In this document: positions 19,053-31,045 of the stretch, one piece after another | Position numbering within the stretch: the stretch's first letter is position 1 | How the letters are laid out: the number at the start of each line of letters is the position of its first letter | Origin: Acidobacteriota bacterium | GTDB lineage: Bacteria; Acidobacteriota; UBA6911; RPQK01; JADFOI01 | Length of the DNA stretch: 64,000 nt | NCBI GenBank assembly: GCA_963663035.1 | Contig: OY760074.1 | Location: 480,001 to 544,000, forward strand | Direction of reading: 5' to 3' | Notes under the pieces: generated by a model | Database searches by the model: none | What the model saw: the letters and a program-made list of their open reading frames with translations, nothing else | What the model was told of the DNA's origin: nothing | Program-made: the position numbers and the translations under genes

Positions 19053-21704
19053 ATGGATATTGATCGTTTAACAGAGAAGGTCCAAGAAGCACTGAGAGAG
19101 GCTCAAACCAAGGCTCTGCGCTACAGTCACCAGTATCTTGATGTGGAGCATCTCTTGCTGGCCCTTCTGGAGCAGGAACAGGGGTTGGCTAGCTCGATTT
19201 GCAATCGAGCGGAGATCAACGCGGAAGGTCTCAGAGGGCGTCTCCAAGAGGAGCTCGGAGGTCTTCCCACAATCTCTGGTCCCTCGGGAGCTCCGGACGG
19301 GGTCTATGCTGCGGGACGTCTCAATATTCTCCTGGCGCAGGCTCAGGAGGAAGCCAAGACACTTGGCGACGAATATGTTTCCGTGGAGCATCTCTTGTTG
19401 GCCATGACCGATGACAAGGGTGTTGCTGGGAAAAGCTTTAAAGAGTTTGGAGTGACTCGAGAGAGACTGATGCGGACCCTGCGGAGCATACGAGGCAGCC
19501 AACGAGTCACCACACCAAGTCCGGAAGCAACTTATGAGGCCCTTGAGCGTTACGGCCGCGATCTGACTCAACTGGCGGCCCGCGGTAAAGTGGATCCTGT
19601 CATTGGGCGCGACGAGGAAATCCGTCGCATCACGCAGGTTTTATCTCGCCGTACTAAAAACAATCCAGTTCTCATTGGGGAGCCAGGCGTTGGAAAGACC
19701 GCTATTGTGGAAGGATTGGCTCAGCGGATTGTTCGGGGTGATGTTCCAGAGGGCTTAAAGAAGAAGCGGATCGTCTCTCTGGACATGGGTACGCTGATCG
19801 CTGGTGCCAAGTACCGGGGAGAGTTTGAGGAAAGGCTCAAGGCCGTTCTCAAGGAGGTCCAGGATTCCCAGGGCGAGATTATTCTTTTCATTGACGAGCT
19901 GCATACGGTAGTGGGCGCCGGTCGGGCGGAAGGCGCTATGGACGCCGGGAACCTCCTGAAACCGATGCTGGCCCGAGGAGAACTGCATTGTATAGGAGCT
20001 ACCACTCTAGACGAATTTCGCAAGTATATCGAAAAGGATGCCGCGCTGGAGCGGCGATTTCAACATGTTCTGGTCAGTGAGCCCTCTGTGGAAGACACGG
20101 TTTCTATCCTACGCGGGTTGAGCGAGCGATACGAAGTACACCATGGTGCCAGAATCAAGGATTCAGCTCTGGTTGCGGCCGCGGTGCTGTCCAATCGCTA
20201 TATCTCAGATCGGTTTCTGCCTGATAAGGCAATTGATCTGATCGATGAGGCGGCTGCGAAGTTGCGCACCGAAATGGATTCTCTGCCTGCGGAGTTAGAT
20301 GAGTTGCAACGCCGCGTCATGCAGCTTGAGATTGAACGAGAGGCATTGAAGAAAGAAACGGATAAGGTGTCAAAGGAGCGCCTGGCCCGGCTCGAAAAGG
20401 GACTTGCAGATACGAAGGTACAGGCCGATACACTGCAGGCACAGTGGCAGACAGAAAAGGAGAGGCTGCAGCGATCGCGGACTATCCGCGAACAGATTGA
20501 GCAGGCCAAGATTGAGATCGAGCAAGCCGAGCGCCAATACGATCTCAACCGGGCGGCCGAGCTGAAGTACGGCACACTGGCGGAGTTGGAGGGGCAACTT
20601 GAGAAGGAAGAGGAAGGCCTGAGCAAGGAGCCTGGCGATCACCACCTGTGGAAGGAAGAAGTGGATGAGCAGGACATTGCCGAAGTCGTCAGCCGTTGGA
20701 CTGGAATTCCGGTGTCCAGGTTGCTGGAAGGAGAAGTGCAGAAGCTGCTCCAGCTAGAGGATGCCCTGCATCGGCGAGTTGTGGGTCAGGAAGAAGGAGT
20801 CACTGCTGTTGCCGATGCGGTGATTCGAGCTCGCTCGGGTCTGAAGGATCCGGACCGTCCCCTGGGGAGCTTCATCTTCTTAGGTCCAACCGGTGTGGGT
20901 AAAACAGAACTGGCCCGTGCCCTGGCTGAGTTCCTGCTTGACGACGAGCGCGCCATGATTCGGATCGACATGTCCGAGTACCAGGAAAAACATACAGTGG
21001 CACGACTGATCGGAGCACCTCCGGGATATGTCGGATACGAGGAGGGAGGCCAGCTCACTGAGGCGGTACGGCGTCGTCCCTATTCGATCATTCTCCTGGA
21101 CGAGATTGAAAAGGCCCACTACGATGTCTTAAACACTCTCCTGCAAATCTTGGACGATGGTCGCCTCACCGATGGGCAGGGCAGAACGGTTGATTTCAAG
21201 AACACCATTGTGATCATGACTTCCAATATTGGGAGTCATAGCATTCTCGAATATGGACACGCCTTTGAAGGGCCGGAATATGAAGAGATGAAAGAAACCG
21301 TATTGAAGGAACTGAGTCGTCACTTTCGACCGGAATTCCTTAACCGGGTGGATGAAATGATTGTCTTTCATGCGTTGTCCAAGGATCAGCTGAAGGAGAT
21401 TGTAGGAATTCAGCTCCAGAATCTGAGCCGTCGTCTCAAGGATCAGAATATTAGGATTGAGCTGACCGAGGAAGGACGCCAGTTTTTAGTCCAAGTTGGC
21501 TATGATCCAAGCTTTGGTGCTCGTCCCTTGAAGCGCAGTATTCAAAAGGAGTTGGAAAACCCTCTCGCTCGCCTGATTCTTCAGGGAGCGGTCGAGGAAG
21601 GACAAGAGGTGTTGGTTGACTATGATGCCTCAAAGAACGGATTGACCTTCTCGCCGCTGGAACTGAAAAGTGAAAAGGAAGTTGCGGCTACGCTCGGAGT
21701 TTAA
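19053..21704 (+). CDS. clpB: ATP-dependent chaperone ClpB
   Basis: Two AAA+ modules ([16 protein letters not shown]), middle coiled-coil domain; SD aggag before ATG 19053. Confidence 0.97.
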   Translation: MDIDRLTEKVQEALREAQTKALRYSHQYLDVEHLLLALLEQEQGLASSICNRAEINAEGLRGRLQEELGGLPTISGPSGAPDGVYAAGRLNILLAQAQEEAKTLGDEYVSVEHLLLAMTDDKGVAGKSFKEFGVTRERLMRTLRSIRGSQRVTTPSPEATYEALERYGRDLTQLAARGKVDPVIGRDEEIRRITQVLSRRTKNNPVLIGEPGVGKTAIVEGLAQRIVRGDVPEGLKKKRIVSLDMGTLIAGAKYRGEFEERLKAVLKEVQDSQGEIILFIDELHTVVGAGRAEGAMDAGNLLKPMLARGELHCIGATTLDEFRKYIEKDAALERRFQHVLVSEPSVEDTVSILRGLSERYEVHHGARIKDSALVAAAVLSNRYISDRFLPDKAIDLIDEAAAKLRTEMDSLPAELDELQRRVMQLEIEREALKKETDKVSKERLARLEKGLADTKVQADTLQAQWQTEKERLQRSRTIREQIEQAKIEIEQAERQYDLNRAAELKYGTLAELEGQLEKEEEGLSKEPGDHHLWKEEVDEQDIAEVVSRWTGIPVSRLLEGEVQKLLQLEDALHRRVVGQEEGVTAVADAVIRARSGLKDPDRPLGSFIFLGPTGVGKTELARALAEFLLDDERAMIRIDMSEYQEKHTVARLIGAPPGYVGYEEGGQLTEAVRRRPYSIILLDEIEKAHYDVLNTLLQILDDGRLTDGQGRTVDFKNTIVIMTSNIGSHSILEYGHAFEGPEYEEMKETVLKELSRHFRPEFLNRVDEMIVFHALSKDQLKEIVGIQLQNLSRRLKDQNIRIELTEEGRQFLVQVGYDPSFGARPLKRSIQKELENPLARLILQGAVEEGQEVLVDYDASKNGLTFSPLELKSEKEVAATLGV

Positions 21705-21714
21705 GGTCAGGTGG

Positions 21715-22109
21715 CGGGTGATCAGGAAGGTCAAGATCGAGGCCGCACAAGCCCTTCGGCCGCAGGCGTAGTTTAAGTACTCCCTTTCATAAATACGGTA
21801 ACGTTTGCGGATGGGGCTTGCGAGGCGAGGTCGCGAAGGGAGGAGGAGGCGATGTCAGGGACATCGACGACGACGAGAGACAAAGAGATCGCCCGCAACC
21901 CCCATCCGCCCGAAGGGTTGGGGCGGGACGGGCCCATTTCTTTGTTGCTTCTCCTCGCCGATGTCCCTGACATCGACTCGTCGTCGCGCCTCGATCTGGG
22001 CTCCGTCGCGCTCCCAACAAACGCTATCGTATTTATCAAAGTGAGTACTATGCTACGTCGAGGATCGAATGGCGCGGAGAACGAAGAGATTGGCCTTCCT
22101 GGACACCCG
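21715..22109. mobile_element. MITE family A copy 3
   Basis: Near-identical to 134-528; lies between convergent clpB and the LysM transglycosylase gene. Confidence 0.9.
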
Positions 22110-22111
22110 GA

Positions 22112-23614
22112 CTAGGGAATGAGAAGGACTTGGCCCAGAAAGATCCGATGGGGGTCGTCGATCTGGTTAACGCGCTGTAGCTGTTGAAAAGAGATACCGA
22201 ATCTGCTGGCAATTTCGGTTAAAGTATCGCCCGACTTGACGCGGTATTGAAGGGGTCGTTGAGAAGAGGCTGCCGAGATGGAAAGAAGCTGTCCTGGATA
22301 GATTCGGTCCGGATTAGGGATGTTGTTAGCATGCTGAAGGGTGGAGACGGAACTGCCAACTCTGCCCGCTATGACGAGTAAGGTGTCACCATACTGCACC
22401 CGGTAGCCAATCGACCCGTCCTCGGCCACCAGAATTGGGCTGGGGGCGAGAGGAGCCGTCTCAAGCGCTGCCTGCACCACTTCTCCCTGCCCTTTTGGAA
22501 GATGGAGCTCGAGTCCGGCGGGTAGAATTTTCGATCCTTCCCAGACGCCTTCTCTGATGTGCGGGTTATATTCCCGAAGGATTTCCTCTGTCACTGTGGG
22601 AGTTTGAGTGAAAGTACTCAAACGATGTGACCTTTTCAAAGAGACGGTGTCATATTGCCGGGGAGAGGCAAGTTCCAAAGGGCCGAAGTAGTCCGAATAG
22701 TTACGGGCCACTTCGATGGCTGCTAAGAGTTCAACATAGAAGTTCTTGCTGGCGAATCCGAAGGTTCGGGATTTGTAGCTTTTGATGATCTCACCCATAT
22801 CCGTGCCAAAGCTTCTCTTGGCCCGCAGCATCCCGTTCTGGCCATGATTGAAGGCGGTCACGGCCAGGGGCCATGCTCCCAAGGATTCATAGTTCTCTTT
22901 CAACAACCGGGCTGCGGCTTCACTCGATTTCAAAGGATCCAGGCGCTCATCAACCCTAGTGTCAATCCTCATGAATCGGCGTCCGGTCCCGCGAATGAAC
23001 TGCCAGATGCCAGCCGCGCCTCGTTTAGAGTAAGCACTGTAATCAAAGGAGGACTCGACATGGGGTAAGAGAGCGAGTTCTGTGGGAAGATCGTGTTCCT
23101 CAAAGATTCTTTCAATCTCGCTGAGATATTGCCCAGAGCGAATCAGACCGTCCCGAAACTTCTCCTTGATCCCCCGTTGGGAACGGATGTTCTTCCCAAG
23201 TGTGCTCAATGAACTGGAGGAAAGAGAGTAGCCGTGAGACTGAAGAAGTTGGAGTATGTGCTGATGCCTACTGGTGAGCCTATCTGAATCGGAACCCCAT
23301 TTTCGGATCTCTTCAAAAATCTGCTGGAACTCTTTCTCCCTCTTGTCCGTTTCATCTCGCTGACGTCTGAATTCGGCTTGATCGTTACCAACCTCCCTGG
23401 CAAACCTGACCACTTCGTAGATCAGACGAAGATCGTTTTGGTCATGGATAAGGACTTCTCTCTCGCCGTAGCGGGTGAAAATCGTCTTCCAAAACTCGAT
23501 CTGAACCTCAAAGCCCTGGGAAGGGAACAAGTCTGAGATCTGATTCAAGGAAAAGGAACTGGCCAACAAGAAGTTCACTGAAAAGAGAAGGAAAAAGGGA
23601 AGCGCTTTCAACAT
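22112..23614 (-). CDS. MltD-like lytic transglycosylase with two C-terminal LysM domains
   Basis: PHVESSF...AAGIWQF SLT motifs; YRVQYGDTL and YRVKSGDTL LysM repeats. Confidence 0.9.
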   Translation of the reverse strand: MLKALPFFLLFSVNFLLASSFSLNQISDLFPSQGFEVQIEFWKTIFTRYGEREVLIHDQNDLRLIYEVVRFAREVGNDQAEFRRQRDETDKREKEFQQIFEEIRKWGSDSDRLTSRHQHILQLLQSHGYSLSSSSLSTLGKNIRSQRGIKEKFRDGLIRSGQYLSEIERIFEEHDLPTELALLPHVESSFDYSAYSKRGAAGIWQFIRGTGRRFMRIDTRVDERLDPLKSSEAAARLLKENYESLGAWPLAVTAFNHGQNGMLRAKRSFGTDMGEIIKSYKSRTFGFASKNFYVELLAAIEVARNYSDYFGPLELASPRQYDTVSLKRSHRLSTFTQTPTVTEEILREYNPHIREGVWEGSKILPAGLELHLPKGQGEVVQAALETAPLAPSPILVAEDGSIGYRVQYGDTLLVIAGRVGSSVSTLQHANNIPNPDRIYPGQLLSISAASSQRPLQYRVKSGDTLTEIASRFGISFQQLQRVNQIDDPHRIFLGQVLLIP

Positions 23615-23654
23615 TGCCGGTTATCTTAGCAAAGCCGCCCGACCACTGAAAGAA

Positions 23655-24158
23655 TTATCTCATGTCCGTCAATTCAATGTGCACTTCCGAGCAGACTTGG
23701 TGGGGGGATTTGTCTTGAACCTCCACCTGGATGTCGGCCAGGCAATAGTCCTTTTCGCGAAGGTGAAAAAGCGAGTCCCATTGTTCAGGGTTTCTTGCCA
23801 AAGGGCGGTGCTGTGAGTCCCTGCATCGTTCCTTTGCTAGCTGCAGGGGAATTTTGAGCCATACCGAAATCCCGTGTTTCGAGATAAAGTCGCGGTTGAA
23901 CGTGCTGACGAAGGTTCCTCCTCCCAGCGCCATGACGCAGGGCATCAAATGTTCGCTTTGAATCAATTGGTGCGACTCCAATTCTCGGAAAGATGTCTCT
24001 CCCTGGGACTCGAAGATATCGGAAATGCTCTTCTCCTGTTCCTTCTCGATCAGCTCATCCAGATCGTAGAAGGGACGATCCATCTCACCTGCCAGGAGCG
24101 GACCAATTGTGGATTTCCCGCTTCCCATGAATCCAATGATATAAATGTGCCTTTCCAC
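23655..24158 (-). CDS. aroK: shikimate kinase
   Basis: IGFMGSGKST, DLDELIE, FRELE, LGGG, RPL. Confidence 0.95.
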   Translation of the reverse strand: MERHIYIIGFMGSGKSTIGPLLAGEMDRPFYDLDELIEKEQEKSISDIFESQGETSFRELESHQLIQSEHLMPCVMALGGGTFVSTFNRDFISKHGISVWLKIPLQLAKERCRDSQHRPLARNPEQWDSLFHLREKDYCLADIQVEVQDKSPHQVCSEVHIELTDMR

Positions 24159-24160
24159 TT

Positions 24161-25453
24161 TCAGGTTCGGGAGCTCAGAGATTGAAGGACTTTGAAAAAT
24201 TCAGGGAAGGATACGGATACACAGGACGGGTGGTCTAACTCGACCGGTTCTGTGGCGATCAATCCGGCCACTGCAAAGGCCATAGCAATTCTATGATCTC
24301 CAAAGGTTTGGACCCTTCCGCCCTGAAGCTGTTGGCCCGCTGGAACGCAAAAGCCGTCCGGGAACTCTTCAACCCGCACGCCTAGATTTTTCAAATTCAC
24401 CACTATAGAGTGGATCCTGTCGGATTCCTTCTTGCGCAGTTCTTCCGCTCCCCTGACACTGAGTCCTCGCTCAAGACGTGTAGCAAGGACAGCCAAAGCT
24501 GGAATTTCGTCAATCATGTAGGGGAGCTGTTCTCCACTGATCTCTAAAGGAAACCTGCTGAGCGGCTCAGGGCTAAAGCTAACCTTAAGGTCGCAGACCG
24601 GTTCAGAGTTGAACTCTTTGAGATTCGTCCTTTCAACCCGGGCTCCCGCATTCTCCAGCAGAGTGAGCAGACCTGTGCGGGAAGAATTCACCCCTACTCT
24701 TCGCACCCAGACCTCTGCACCGGGAACTATAAGAGCTGCGATGATGAAAAACACGGCGGAAGAGAAATCGCCAGGAATCTGCATTTGTGCTGCTCGTAGA
24801 GATGCTGGTCCTCTCACTTTTAAGCCCTGGTCCGCTCCTTTCGGGACGACATCGAAGAAGGGCAGTGCGCGTTCAGTGTGATCACGGGAAGGAGTTTCTT
24901 CTACCACCGTGGTTTCTCCCTGGGCCATGAGTCCGGCCAAGAGAATACACGATTTTACCTGAGCACTTGGCACTGGCAGCCGGTAATGAATCCCCCGAAG
25001 CTGTGAACCCGTGATACGCAAAGGTGGGTATTCATGCTTGGTCGCCCCGATTTCCGCTCCCATTTGAATGAGAGGCGTCATAATGCGCCTCATGGGCCGA
25101 TGATTCAAAGATTCGTCTCCCTGGATGGTTGAAACAAAGGGGGAAGCGGAAAGCAAAGCAGAGAGAAGGCGAATTGTTGTTCCGCTGTTTCCGGCATCGA
25201 GTAGCTCCTTGGGTTGCTGAAACGTATTCCAGCCTCCGCTTCGGATTTCGAGGTCATTTCCTGACTGGTGAATCTCCAAGCCAAGTGCCTTGAGACAGTG
25301 AAGGGTAGCCTGACAATCCTGGCTGTCTGAAAAGTGAGAAATTCGGGTAGTCCCTTTGGCCATGGCCCCAAGAATGGCATAGCGGTGCGAGATCGATTTG
25401 TCCCCGGGGAGATGGATCTCACCCCGCAGGGAGGAGACCGGTTGAATTTGCAT
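24161..25453 (-). CDS. aroA: 3-phosphoshikimate 1-carboxyvinyltransferase
   Basis: PGDKSISHR, GNSGTTIRL, SAQVKS, KESDRI, GDHRIAM; likely start ATG 25453. Confidence 0.96.
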   Translation of the reverse strand: MQIQPVSSLRGEIHLPGDKSISHRYAILGAMAKGTTRISHFSDSQDCQATLHCLKALGLEIHQSGNDLEIRSGGWNTFQQPKELLDAGNSGTTIRLLSALLSASPFVSTIQGDESLNHRPMRRIMTPLIQMGAEIGATKHEYPPLRITGSQLRGIHYRLPVPSAQVKSCILLAGLMAQGETTVVEETPSRDHTERALPFFDVVPKGADQGLKVRGPASLRAAQMQIPGDFSSAVFFIIAALIVPGAEVWVRRVGVNSSRTGLLTLLENAGARVERTNLKEFNSEPVCDLKVSFSPEPLSRFPLEISGEQLPYMIDEIPALAVLATRLERGLSVRGAEELRKKESDRIHSIVVNLKNLGVRVEEFPDGFCVPAGQQLQGGRVQTFGDHRIAMAFAVAGLIATEPVELDHPSCVSVSFPEFFKVLQSLSSRT

Positions 25454-25454
25454 T

Positions 25455-27533
25455 TTAAGGCTTCTCCGGATGATCACTGAGGAACCCCAGTTGCAGGTCC
25501 AACTCTTTCAAGCGCTTGATCCTGTCTCTGTATTCAGCCGCCTTTTCAAATTCAAAGTTTTGGGCGGCAGTCTTCATTTGGGTCTCCAGCTTCGCCATCT
25601 CTTCCCTGATCTCCTCTGCCGAGGAGTACTTCTCAATCTCCTCTGCCACCAGGGGGGTCTCATAGTAATCCAGCTGAGTCATCTGCAAAAGAGTGGCATC
25701 GATTGGTTTGCGAATGGTTTGAGGAGTAATTCCGTTTTTTTGATTGTACTCTTTCTGGATCTGCCGACGCCGTTCAGTTTCTTCAATGGCTGTGGTCATC
25801 GAACGGGTGATCACATCGGCGTACATGATGACCTTTCCATTGACGTTACGGGCAGCTCTCCCGGCGGTTTGAATCAAAGATGTGCTGCTGCGCAAAAATC
25901 CTTCCTTATCCGCATCCAGAATAGCGACCAGAGAGACTTCTGGCAGATCCAGACCTTCCCGCAGGAGGTTGACTCCAATCAAGACGTCAACCTTTCCGAG
26001 CCGAAGGTCCCTGAGGATCTGCACTCGATCCAGGGTGTTGATCTCCGAATGGAGATAACAGACGGCAATTCCCAGTTCAGTGTAGTACTCGCTCAATTCC
26101 TCGGCCATTCGCTTGGTGAGCGTGGTCACCAAGACCCGTTCCTTTTGTTCCGCTCGCTGACGAATTTCCTCCAACAAGTCCTCGATCTGGCCTTTGACTG
26201 GCCGCACCTCGATTACTGGATCCATCAGGCCGGTCGGTCGAATAACCTGCTGGACGGTCTCTCCACCACATCGCTTCAGCTCGTAGGGTCCGGGCGTGGC
26301 TGACACGTATAGCGTCTGAGGCAATCGAGCTTGTACCTCGGCAAAGTTCAGAGGTCGATTGTCCAAGGCGGAGGGTAGACGAAAGCCATACTTCACCAGA
26401 TTCAGTTTTCGTGAACGGTCACCTTCATACATGCCGCGGAGTTGCGGGACTGTGACGTGGCTTTCATCAATGAAAACCATGGCATCAGAGGGGAGGTAAT
26501 CCATGAGCGTTGGAGGAGCTTCACCGGGAAGGCGGCCGGTCAAATGACGAGAATAGTTCTCGACTCCCCGGCAGTATCCTACGGTCTTGATCATTTCCAG
26601 ATCAAACATGGTCCGTTGGTGAACCCGTTGAGCTTCTACATGCAGTCCTGCTTTCTCTAAGCGCGTTCGATGCTCCTCCAATTCCTGTCTAATGCTTTCC
26701 ACCGCAATATCCCACTGACCTCGAGGCATCACGTAGTGAGATTTAGGATAGATGGGAACTCTTGGATGTGGCTTGAGAATCTCTCCCGTGAGGGGATCGA
26801 ACTGGTAGATGGCGTCAATCTCATCTCCAAAAAGTTCGATCCGGATACCGTAATCTCCGTAGGCAGGGATGACCTCAACAACGTCGCCGCGGACGCGAAA
26901 GGTTCCTCTCATAAGCTCCTGATCGCTGCGCTCATACTGGATTTCGACTAATTTGTGCAGAATCTCCTGACGCTTGATTTGCTGGCCCTTGCTCAACATC
27001 AAGAGCATCCCGTGATAGGCTTCGGGTGATCCCAAACCATAGATACAGCTCACACTGGCCACGATGATGCAGTCGCGCCGTTCCAACAGCGATCGGGTGG
27101 CAGAGTGACGGAGTCGATCGATTTCGTCATTGATCAGGACCTCTTTCTCAATGTAGGTATCGCTGGAAGGGATGTAGGCTTCGGGCTGGTAGTAATCGTA
27201 GTAGCTTACGAAGTACTCAACGGCATTAACCTGAAAGAACCTTTTGAATTCCTGGTAGAGCTGGGCGGCCAAGGTTTTGTTGTGGCTTAAGATCAAAGTC
27301 GGACGATTCACTTTCTCAATGATCCTGGCCATGGTAAAAGTTTTTCCTGATCCGGTGACTCCCAACAGAGTCTGATCCTGTTGGCCTTTCTCGATCTTCC
27401 TCACAATTTCACTAACCGCTCTGCTTTGGTCTCTGCTGGGATGAAAGGCACTCACCAGCTTGAGATCAGCTGAGTTGGCCCAGTCCTGTCCGTAGGAAAT
27501 TCCGGAGTAGGAAAGTTCTTTCGAGCTGGACAC
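25455..27533 (-). CDS. uvrB: excinuclease ABC subunit B
   Basis: [23 protein letters not shown]-terminal UVR domain. Confidence 0.97.
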   Translation of the reverse strand: MSSSKELSYSGISYGQDWANSADLKLVSAFHPSRDQSRAVSEIVRKIEKGQQDQTLLGVTGSGKTFTMARIIEKVNRPTLILSHNKTLAAQLYQEFKRFFQVNAVEYFVSYYDYYQPEAYIPSSDTYIEKEVLINDEIDRLRHSATRSLLERRDCIIVASVSCIYGLGSPEAYHGMLLMLSKGQQIKRQEILHKLVEIQYERSDQELMRGTFRVRGDVVEVIPAYGDYGIRIELFGDEIDAIYQFDPLTGEILKPHPRVPIYPKSHYVMPRGQWDIAVESIRQELEEHRTRLEKAGLHVEAQRVHQRTMFDLEMIKTVGYCRGVENYSRHLTGRLPGEAPPTLMDYLPSDAMVFIDESHVTVPQLRGMYEGDRSRKLNLVKYGFRLPSALDNRPLNFAEVQARLPQTLYVSATPGPYELKRCGGETVQQVIRPTGLMDPVIEVRPVKGQIEDLLEEIRQRAEQKERVLVTTLTKRMAEELSEYYTELGIAVCYLHSEINTLDRVQILRDLRLGKVDVLIGVNLLREGLDLPEVSLVAILDADKEGFLRSSTSLIQTAGRAARNVNGKVIMYADVITRSMTTAIEETERRRQIQKEYNQKNGITPQTIRKPIDATLLQMTQLDYYETPLVAEEIEKYSSAEEIREEMAKLETQMKTAAQNFEFEKAAEYRDRIKRLKELDLQLGFLSDHPEKP

Positions 27534-27554
27534 GAGAATTATTATAAAGCAGAG

Positions 27555-27660
27555 AGGAGGCAGGAGTCAGGAGACAGAAGGCAGGAGAAGAAGAGAGAAT
27601 CCAGAATATCTTTGGAACTCCTTTAGATTCTGCCTCCTGACTCCTACCTCCTGACTCCTT
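27555..27660. repeat. inverted pair of heptamer arrays (AGGAGNC / GNCTCCT) able to form a hairpin, followed by a T-tract
   Basis: aggaggc aggagtc aggagac agaaggc ... gcctcct gactcct acctcct gactcct. Confidence 0.8.
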
Positions 27661-27772
27661 CTTTTTTTGGCAGGGTTGCTGGCTAGAATCAGTGTTCCTA
27701 CACCTGAGCCTTCTGGATGTTAAACTAAATGAGTGAGTTCAGAATGTAAGCCTTCTGGCCGGAAGGCAGGGA

Positions 27773-28159
27773 ATGGGGAACACCGGGATGAGTAACAAGC
27801 ACGGGGACACAGGGCTTGGTTGTGTGGTCTTGCTCCTGCTGGTAGCCATATTGGGCTACCTCGTTTTTCGAATTGTCCCGGTCTATATGGAGCAGGACGC
27901 CTTTCATGAAGCTTTGCTCGACATTTCCGGCAGAGCCACCATCGCGAGATGGGACAACCGCAGGATCATTGAGCGAGTGTTGCAGTCAGCTGAGAACCAT
28001 AACTTTTCCGTCGAATCGAAGGACATCCAAATCCAGCATATCCGTGGCCGGCCGGAAGTCGTCCTCATAGTGAACTATACGAGGACGGAAGAGTTTCCGG
28101 GTGGCTACGTGTATGTTTTTTACTTCCGCTCTGCGGCTCAGGGTTCTCTTGGATTTTAG
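27773..28159 (+). CDS. DUF4845-like membrane-anchored protein
   Basis: Single N-terminal TM followed by RIVPVY...; family call by resemblance only. Confidence 0.55.
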   Translation: MGNTGMSNKHGDTGLGCVVLLLLVAILGYLVFRIVPVYMEQDAFHEALLDISGRATIARWDNRRIIERVLQSAENHNFSVESKDIQIQHIRGRPEVVLIVNYTRTEEFPGGYVYVFYFRSAAQGSLGF

Positions 28160-28239
28160 CCCGCAACGCACTTTCCAGGTCTCGGGTTGACTTGAAGCTG
28201 GTTGAAGCCCGCACCACGAACCTTTAACTTCACAGACTC

Positions 28240-29172
28240 ATGCGAGTTCTCGTCACTGGCGGAGCGGGCTTTATCGGCGGTCACTTGTGTGAGGCTCTGC
28301 TCCAAGCAGGACATGAGGTGCTGTGTCTGGACAACCTCTTTTCAGGATCCATGCGCAACATCTCCCCTTTTTTGAGTGACAGCTCCTTTGATTTCATTCG
28401 GCACGACGTGGTCCAACCGATACTCCTGGAAGTGGATCAAATCTACAACCTGGCTTGTCCGGCATCGCCTGTTCACTACCAATTCAATCCGGTCAAGACG
28501 GTCAAGACTAATGTGATGGGAACCATCAACATGTTGGGTTTGGCCAAGCGAGTGAGAGCCCGTATTCTGCAGGCCAGCACTTCAGAGGTTTACGGGAATC
28601 CGCAGGTGCACCCTCAATCAGAAGATTACTGGGGGAACGTCAATCCCATCGGGTCGCGCAGTTGCTACGACGAGGGCAAGCGAGTGGCGGAGACCCTGAT
28701 GATGAATTACCACCACCAAAGCCAAGTCGATATTCGAATTGCCCGGATTTTCAATACCTACGGTCCTCAAATGTCTATTAATGACGGACGTGTCGTGAGT
28801 AATCTGATCGTCCAGGCCCTTCGGGCTGAGCCGCTGACCCTTTATGGAGATGGATCCCAGACTCGCTCTTTCTGCTATGTCTCTGATCTGGTGCGGGGTG
28901 TAAGGGATTTGATGGACTGTGAAGGGACTCACCAGCCCATTAACCTTGGAAATCCAGTAGAAGTTTCTATCCTTTCGCTGGCGGAACTGGTCCGTGAAGT
29001 GACAGGTACAAGCTCGCAGCTCTCTTTTGAGCCTCTACCACCGGATGATCCGGAGCGGCGAAAGCCTGATATTTCTGCAGCCCGCAAGCTGCTCAACTGG
29101 GAGCCGCAGGTGGAGCTGAAGAAAGGATTACAACAAACGGTCGAGTATTTTGAGGAGCGGCTCCGCCACTGA
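28240..29172 (+). CDS. UDP-glucuronate decarboxylase-family SDR
   Basis: [36 protein letters not shown]. Confidence 0.93.
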   Translation: MRVLVTGGAGFIGGHLCEALLQAGHEVLCLDNLFSGSMRNISPFLSDSSFDFIRHDVVQPILLEVDQIYNLACPASPVHYQFNPVKTVKTNVMGTINMLGLAKRVRARILQASTSEVYGNPQVHPQSEDYWGNVNPIGSRSCYDEGKRVAETLMMNYHHQSQVDIRIARIFNTYGPQMSINDGRVVSNLIVQALRAEPLTLYGDGSQTRSFCYVSDLVRGVRDLMDCEGTHQPINLGNPVEVSILSLAELVREVTGTSSQLSFEPLPPDDPERRKPDISAARKLLNWEPQVELKKGLQQTVEYFEERLRH

Positions 29173-29262
29173 TGCCAGCCCGGGCTATAGAAAGTGCTCG
29201 TGTTGGTGAGAAAGTCGATGTGTTAAGATACTTTGCCAGATTTGGCCCGATCATTTAGGCTT

Positions 29263-29299
29263 AGTGTCTCGTCCCATGGAAGTGATGGGACGAGACACT
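29263..29299. repeat. perfect 15-bp inverted repeat (element C); one arm recurs at 2432-2446
   Basis: agtgtctcgtcccat-ggaagtg-atgggacgagacact. Confidence 0.85.
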
Positions 29300-29316
29300 G
29301 ATGTAGGGAGGGTGAA

Positions 29317-29673
29317 GTGCTGGCTGCATATGTTCCTATCCTGATTTTTATCCTGGTTGCCCTGTCTATGCCTGTGGTGGGGCTGCTTGTGGGGAAATTG
29401 ATTCGACCCTACAGACCTCATGCCACAAAGTTGATGCCCTACGAATGTGGCGTGGACCCAGAGGGCGATGCCCGCGACCGATTTTCGGTTCGCTTTTATA
29501 TCATTGCCATACTTTTCGTGGTTTTCGACGTTGAAACCATCTTTCTATTTCCGTGGGCCATCATTTATGATCACCTGGCTCTGTTCGGATTTATCGAAAT
29601 GCTGGTTTTCTTGGGGATCTTGCTTGTGGGTTATCTGTATGTTTGGAAAAAGGGGGCCTTGGAGTGGGTTTAA
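29317..29673 (+). CDS. nuoA: NADH-quinone oxidoreductase subunit A
   Basis: [24 protein letters not shown]. Confidence 0.96.
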   Translation: MLAAYVPILIFILVALSMPVVGLLVGKLIRPYRPHATKLMPYECGVDPEGDARDRFSVRFYIIAILFVVFDVETIFLFPWAIIYDHLALFGFIEMLVFLGILLVGYLYVWKKGALEWV

Positions 29674-30164
29674 TTGAGGGGCGGATGGAAAAGAATATCG
29701 TGACGACGACGGTCGATTCGGTCTTCAACTGGGCCAGGAAGTCCTCGCTCTGGCCCATGACATTCGGGCTGGCCTGTTGCGCAATCGAGATGATGGCCAC
29801 AGGCGCCTCCCGTTTTGATATGGATCGTTTTGGCGCTGGAATCTTTCGGCCTTCTCCCAGGCAGAGTGATCTGATTATCATTGCCGGGACGGTGACTTTG
29901 AAGATGGCAGAGGTGATTCAGCGGCTGTACGATCAAATGCCGGAGCCGAAGTGGGTCATCTCCATGGGGGCCTGTTCCAGTGCCGGTGGGCCGTTTGACA
30001 CTTATTCAACTCTTCAGGGCGTGGATAAGATCATTCCCGTGGATGTTTATATCCCTGGATGTCCGCCTCGTCCCGAAGCGCTGCTCTATGGTCTGATGCG
30101 ACTTCAGGACAAGATCGATCACATGACCATTGCCAAAGAAGAGGAGCAGCTTCCGACCGGCTAA
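29664..30164 (+). CDS. nuoB: NADH-quinone oxidoreductase subunit B
   Basis: [22 protein letters not shown]; GTG start likely. Confidence 0.96.
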   Translation: MGLIEGRMEKNIVTTTVDSVFNWARKSSLWPMTFGLACCAIEMMATGASRFDMDRFGAGIFRPSPRQSDLIIIAGTVTLKMAEVIQRLYDQMPEPKWVISMGACSSAGGPFDTYSTLQGVDKIIPVDVYIPGCPPRPEALLYGLMRLQDKIDHMTIAKEEEQLPTG

Positions 30165-30205
30165 TCGAGCAAGCCTGACCGCGTTTTGTAATCTCCTGGT
30201 GTGAA

Positions 30206-31045
30206 ATGGACGAAGAGGACAAGCCAAAGCAACCCCTAGAGCCAGAAGGCCAAGAGGCTCAAACTACAAAATCCGAGGACAGCGAAGCCCCCAAACCTTC
30301 GAAGCCGAGCCCGAAATCGGCTGAGCCGGAGAAATCTGTCAAGCCTACTCCCCCCACAGCAGCCAAGGACAAGCCAAAGCAACCCCAAGAGCCAGAAGGC
30401 CAAGAGGCTCGAACTACAAAATCCGAGGACAGCGAAGCCCCCAAACCTTCGAAGCCGAGCCCGAAATCGGCCGCGCCCGAAAAACCTCCCAAGTCTGCTC
30501 CCCCCAGAGCCGCCAAGAAGAAGGTACTCTCGTACGAAGATCTGGAAGATGATGTACTCCTTCAGAAGCTGAAAGAGAAATTCTCAGGCGGGATTCTGTC
30601 CGGTCAGTCCTTTCTCGATCAACCCATTTACACGGTTTCCATGGAATATTTCAGTGACCTTATGGTTTACCTCAGGGACGATCCGGAGTGGGACTTTGAC
30701 TACTTGATTGATGTGACCGCTTTGGATTACCTGGGAGACGAAAAGCGGTTCTGTATGGTCTATCATCTCTATTCTCACCAGCACGGGAAGCTGATTCGAA
30801 TCAAAGCCCGAATATTGGAAGAGGAAGTTGTGCCCTCGGTGAGTTCCATCTGGAAAGCCGCTGATTGGATGGAGCGGGAAGTCTACGATCTGTTCGGCAT
30901 CGAGTTTTCCGGACACGACAATTTGAGTCGGATTCTTCTGCCCGATGACTGGCACGGTCACCCCTTGCGCAAGGATTACGACATTAAATTGCAGGACCAG
31001 GCCTGGATTAAGAAGCATCTGCACATCACAAAGACTCCCCCATGA
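30206..31045 (+). CDS. nuoC: NADH-quinone oxidoreductase subunit C with Pro/Lys/Glu-rich duplicated N-extension
   Basis: [12 protein letters not shown]...GHPLRKDY. Confidence 0.93.
   Translation: MDEEDKPKQPLEPEGQEAQTTKSEDSEAPKPSKPSPKSAEPEKSVKPTPPTAAKDKPKQPQEPEGQEARTTKSEDSEAPKPSKPSPKSAAPEKPPKSAPPRAAKKKVLSYEDLEDDVLLQKLKEKFSGGILSGQSFLDQPIYTVSMEYFSDLMVYLRDDPEWDFDYLIDVTALDYLGDEKRFCMVYHLYSHQHGKLIRIKARILEEEVVPSVSSIWKAADWMEREVYDLFGIEFSGHDNLSRILLPDDWHGHPLRKDYDIKLQDQAWIKKHLHITKTPP
30217..30471 (+). repeat. in-frame direct repeat, 150-bp period, inside nuoC
   Basis: ggacaagccaaagcaaccc... at 30217 and 30367. Confidence 0.9.

Noticed and set aside
19140-19400. Direct repeat gtggagcatctcttg in clpB
   Set aside because: Reflects the normal duplicated Clp N-domain motif (VEHLLLA).
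25470-26303. Long antisense ORFs (277 aa here; also 5363-6181, 32190-32948, 37618-38364)
   Set aside because: Shadows on the opposite strand of well-conserved genes, with no recognisable motifs.
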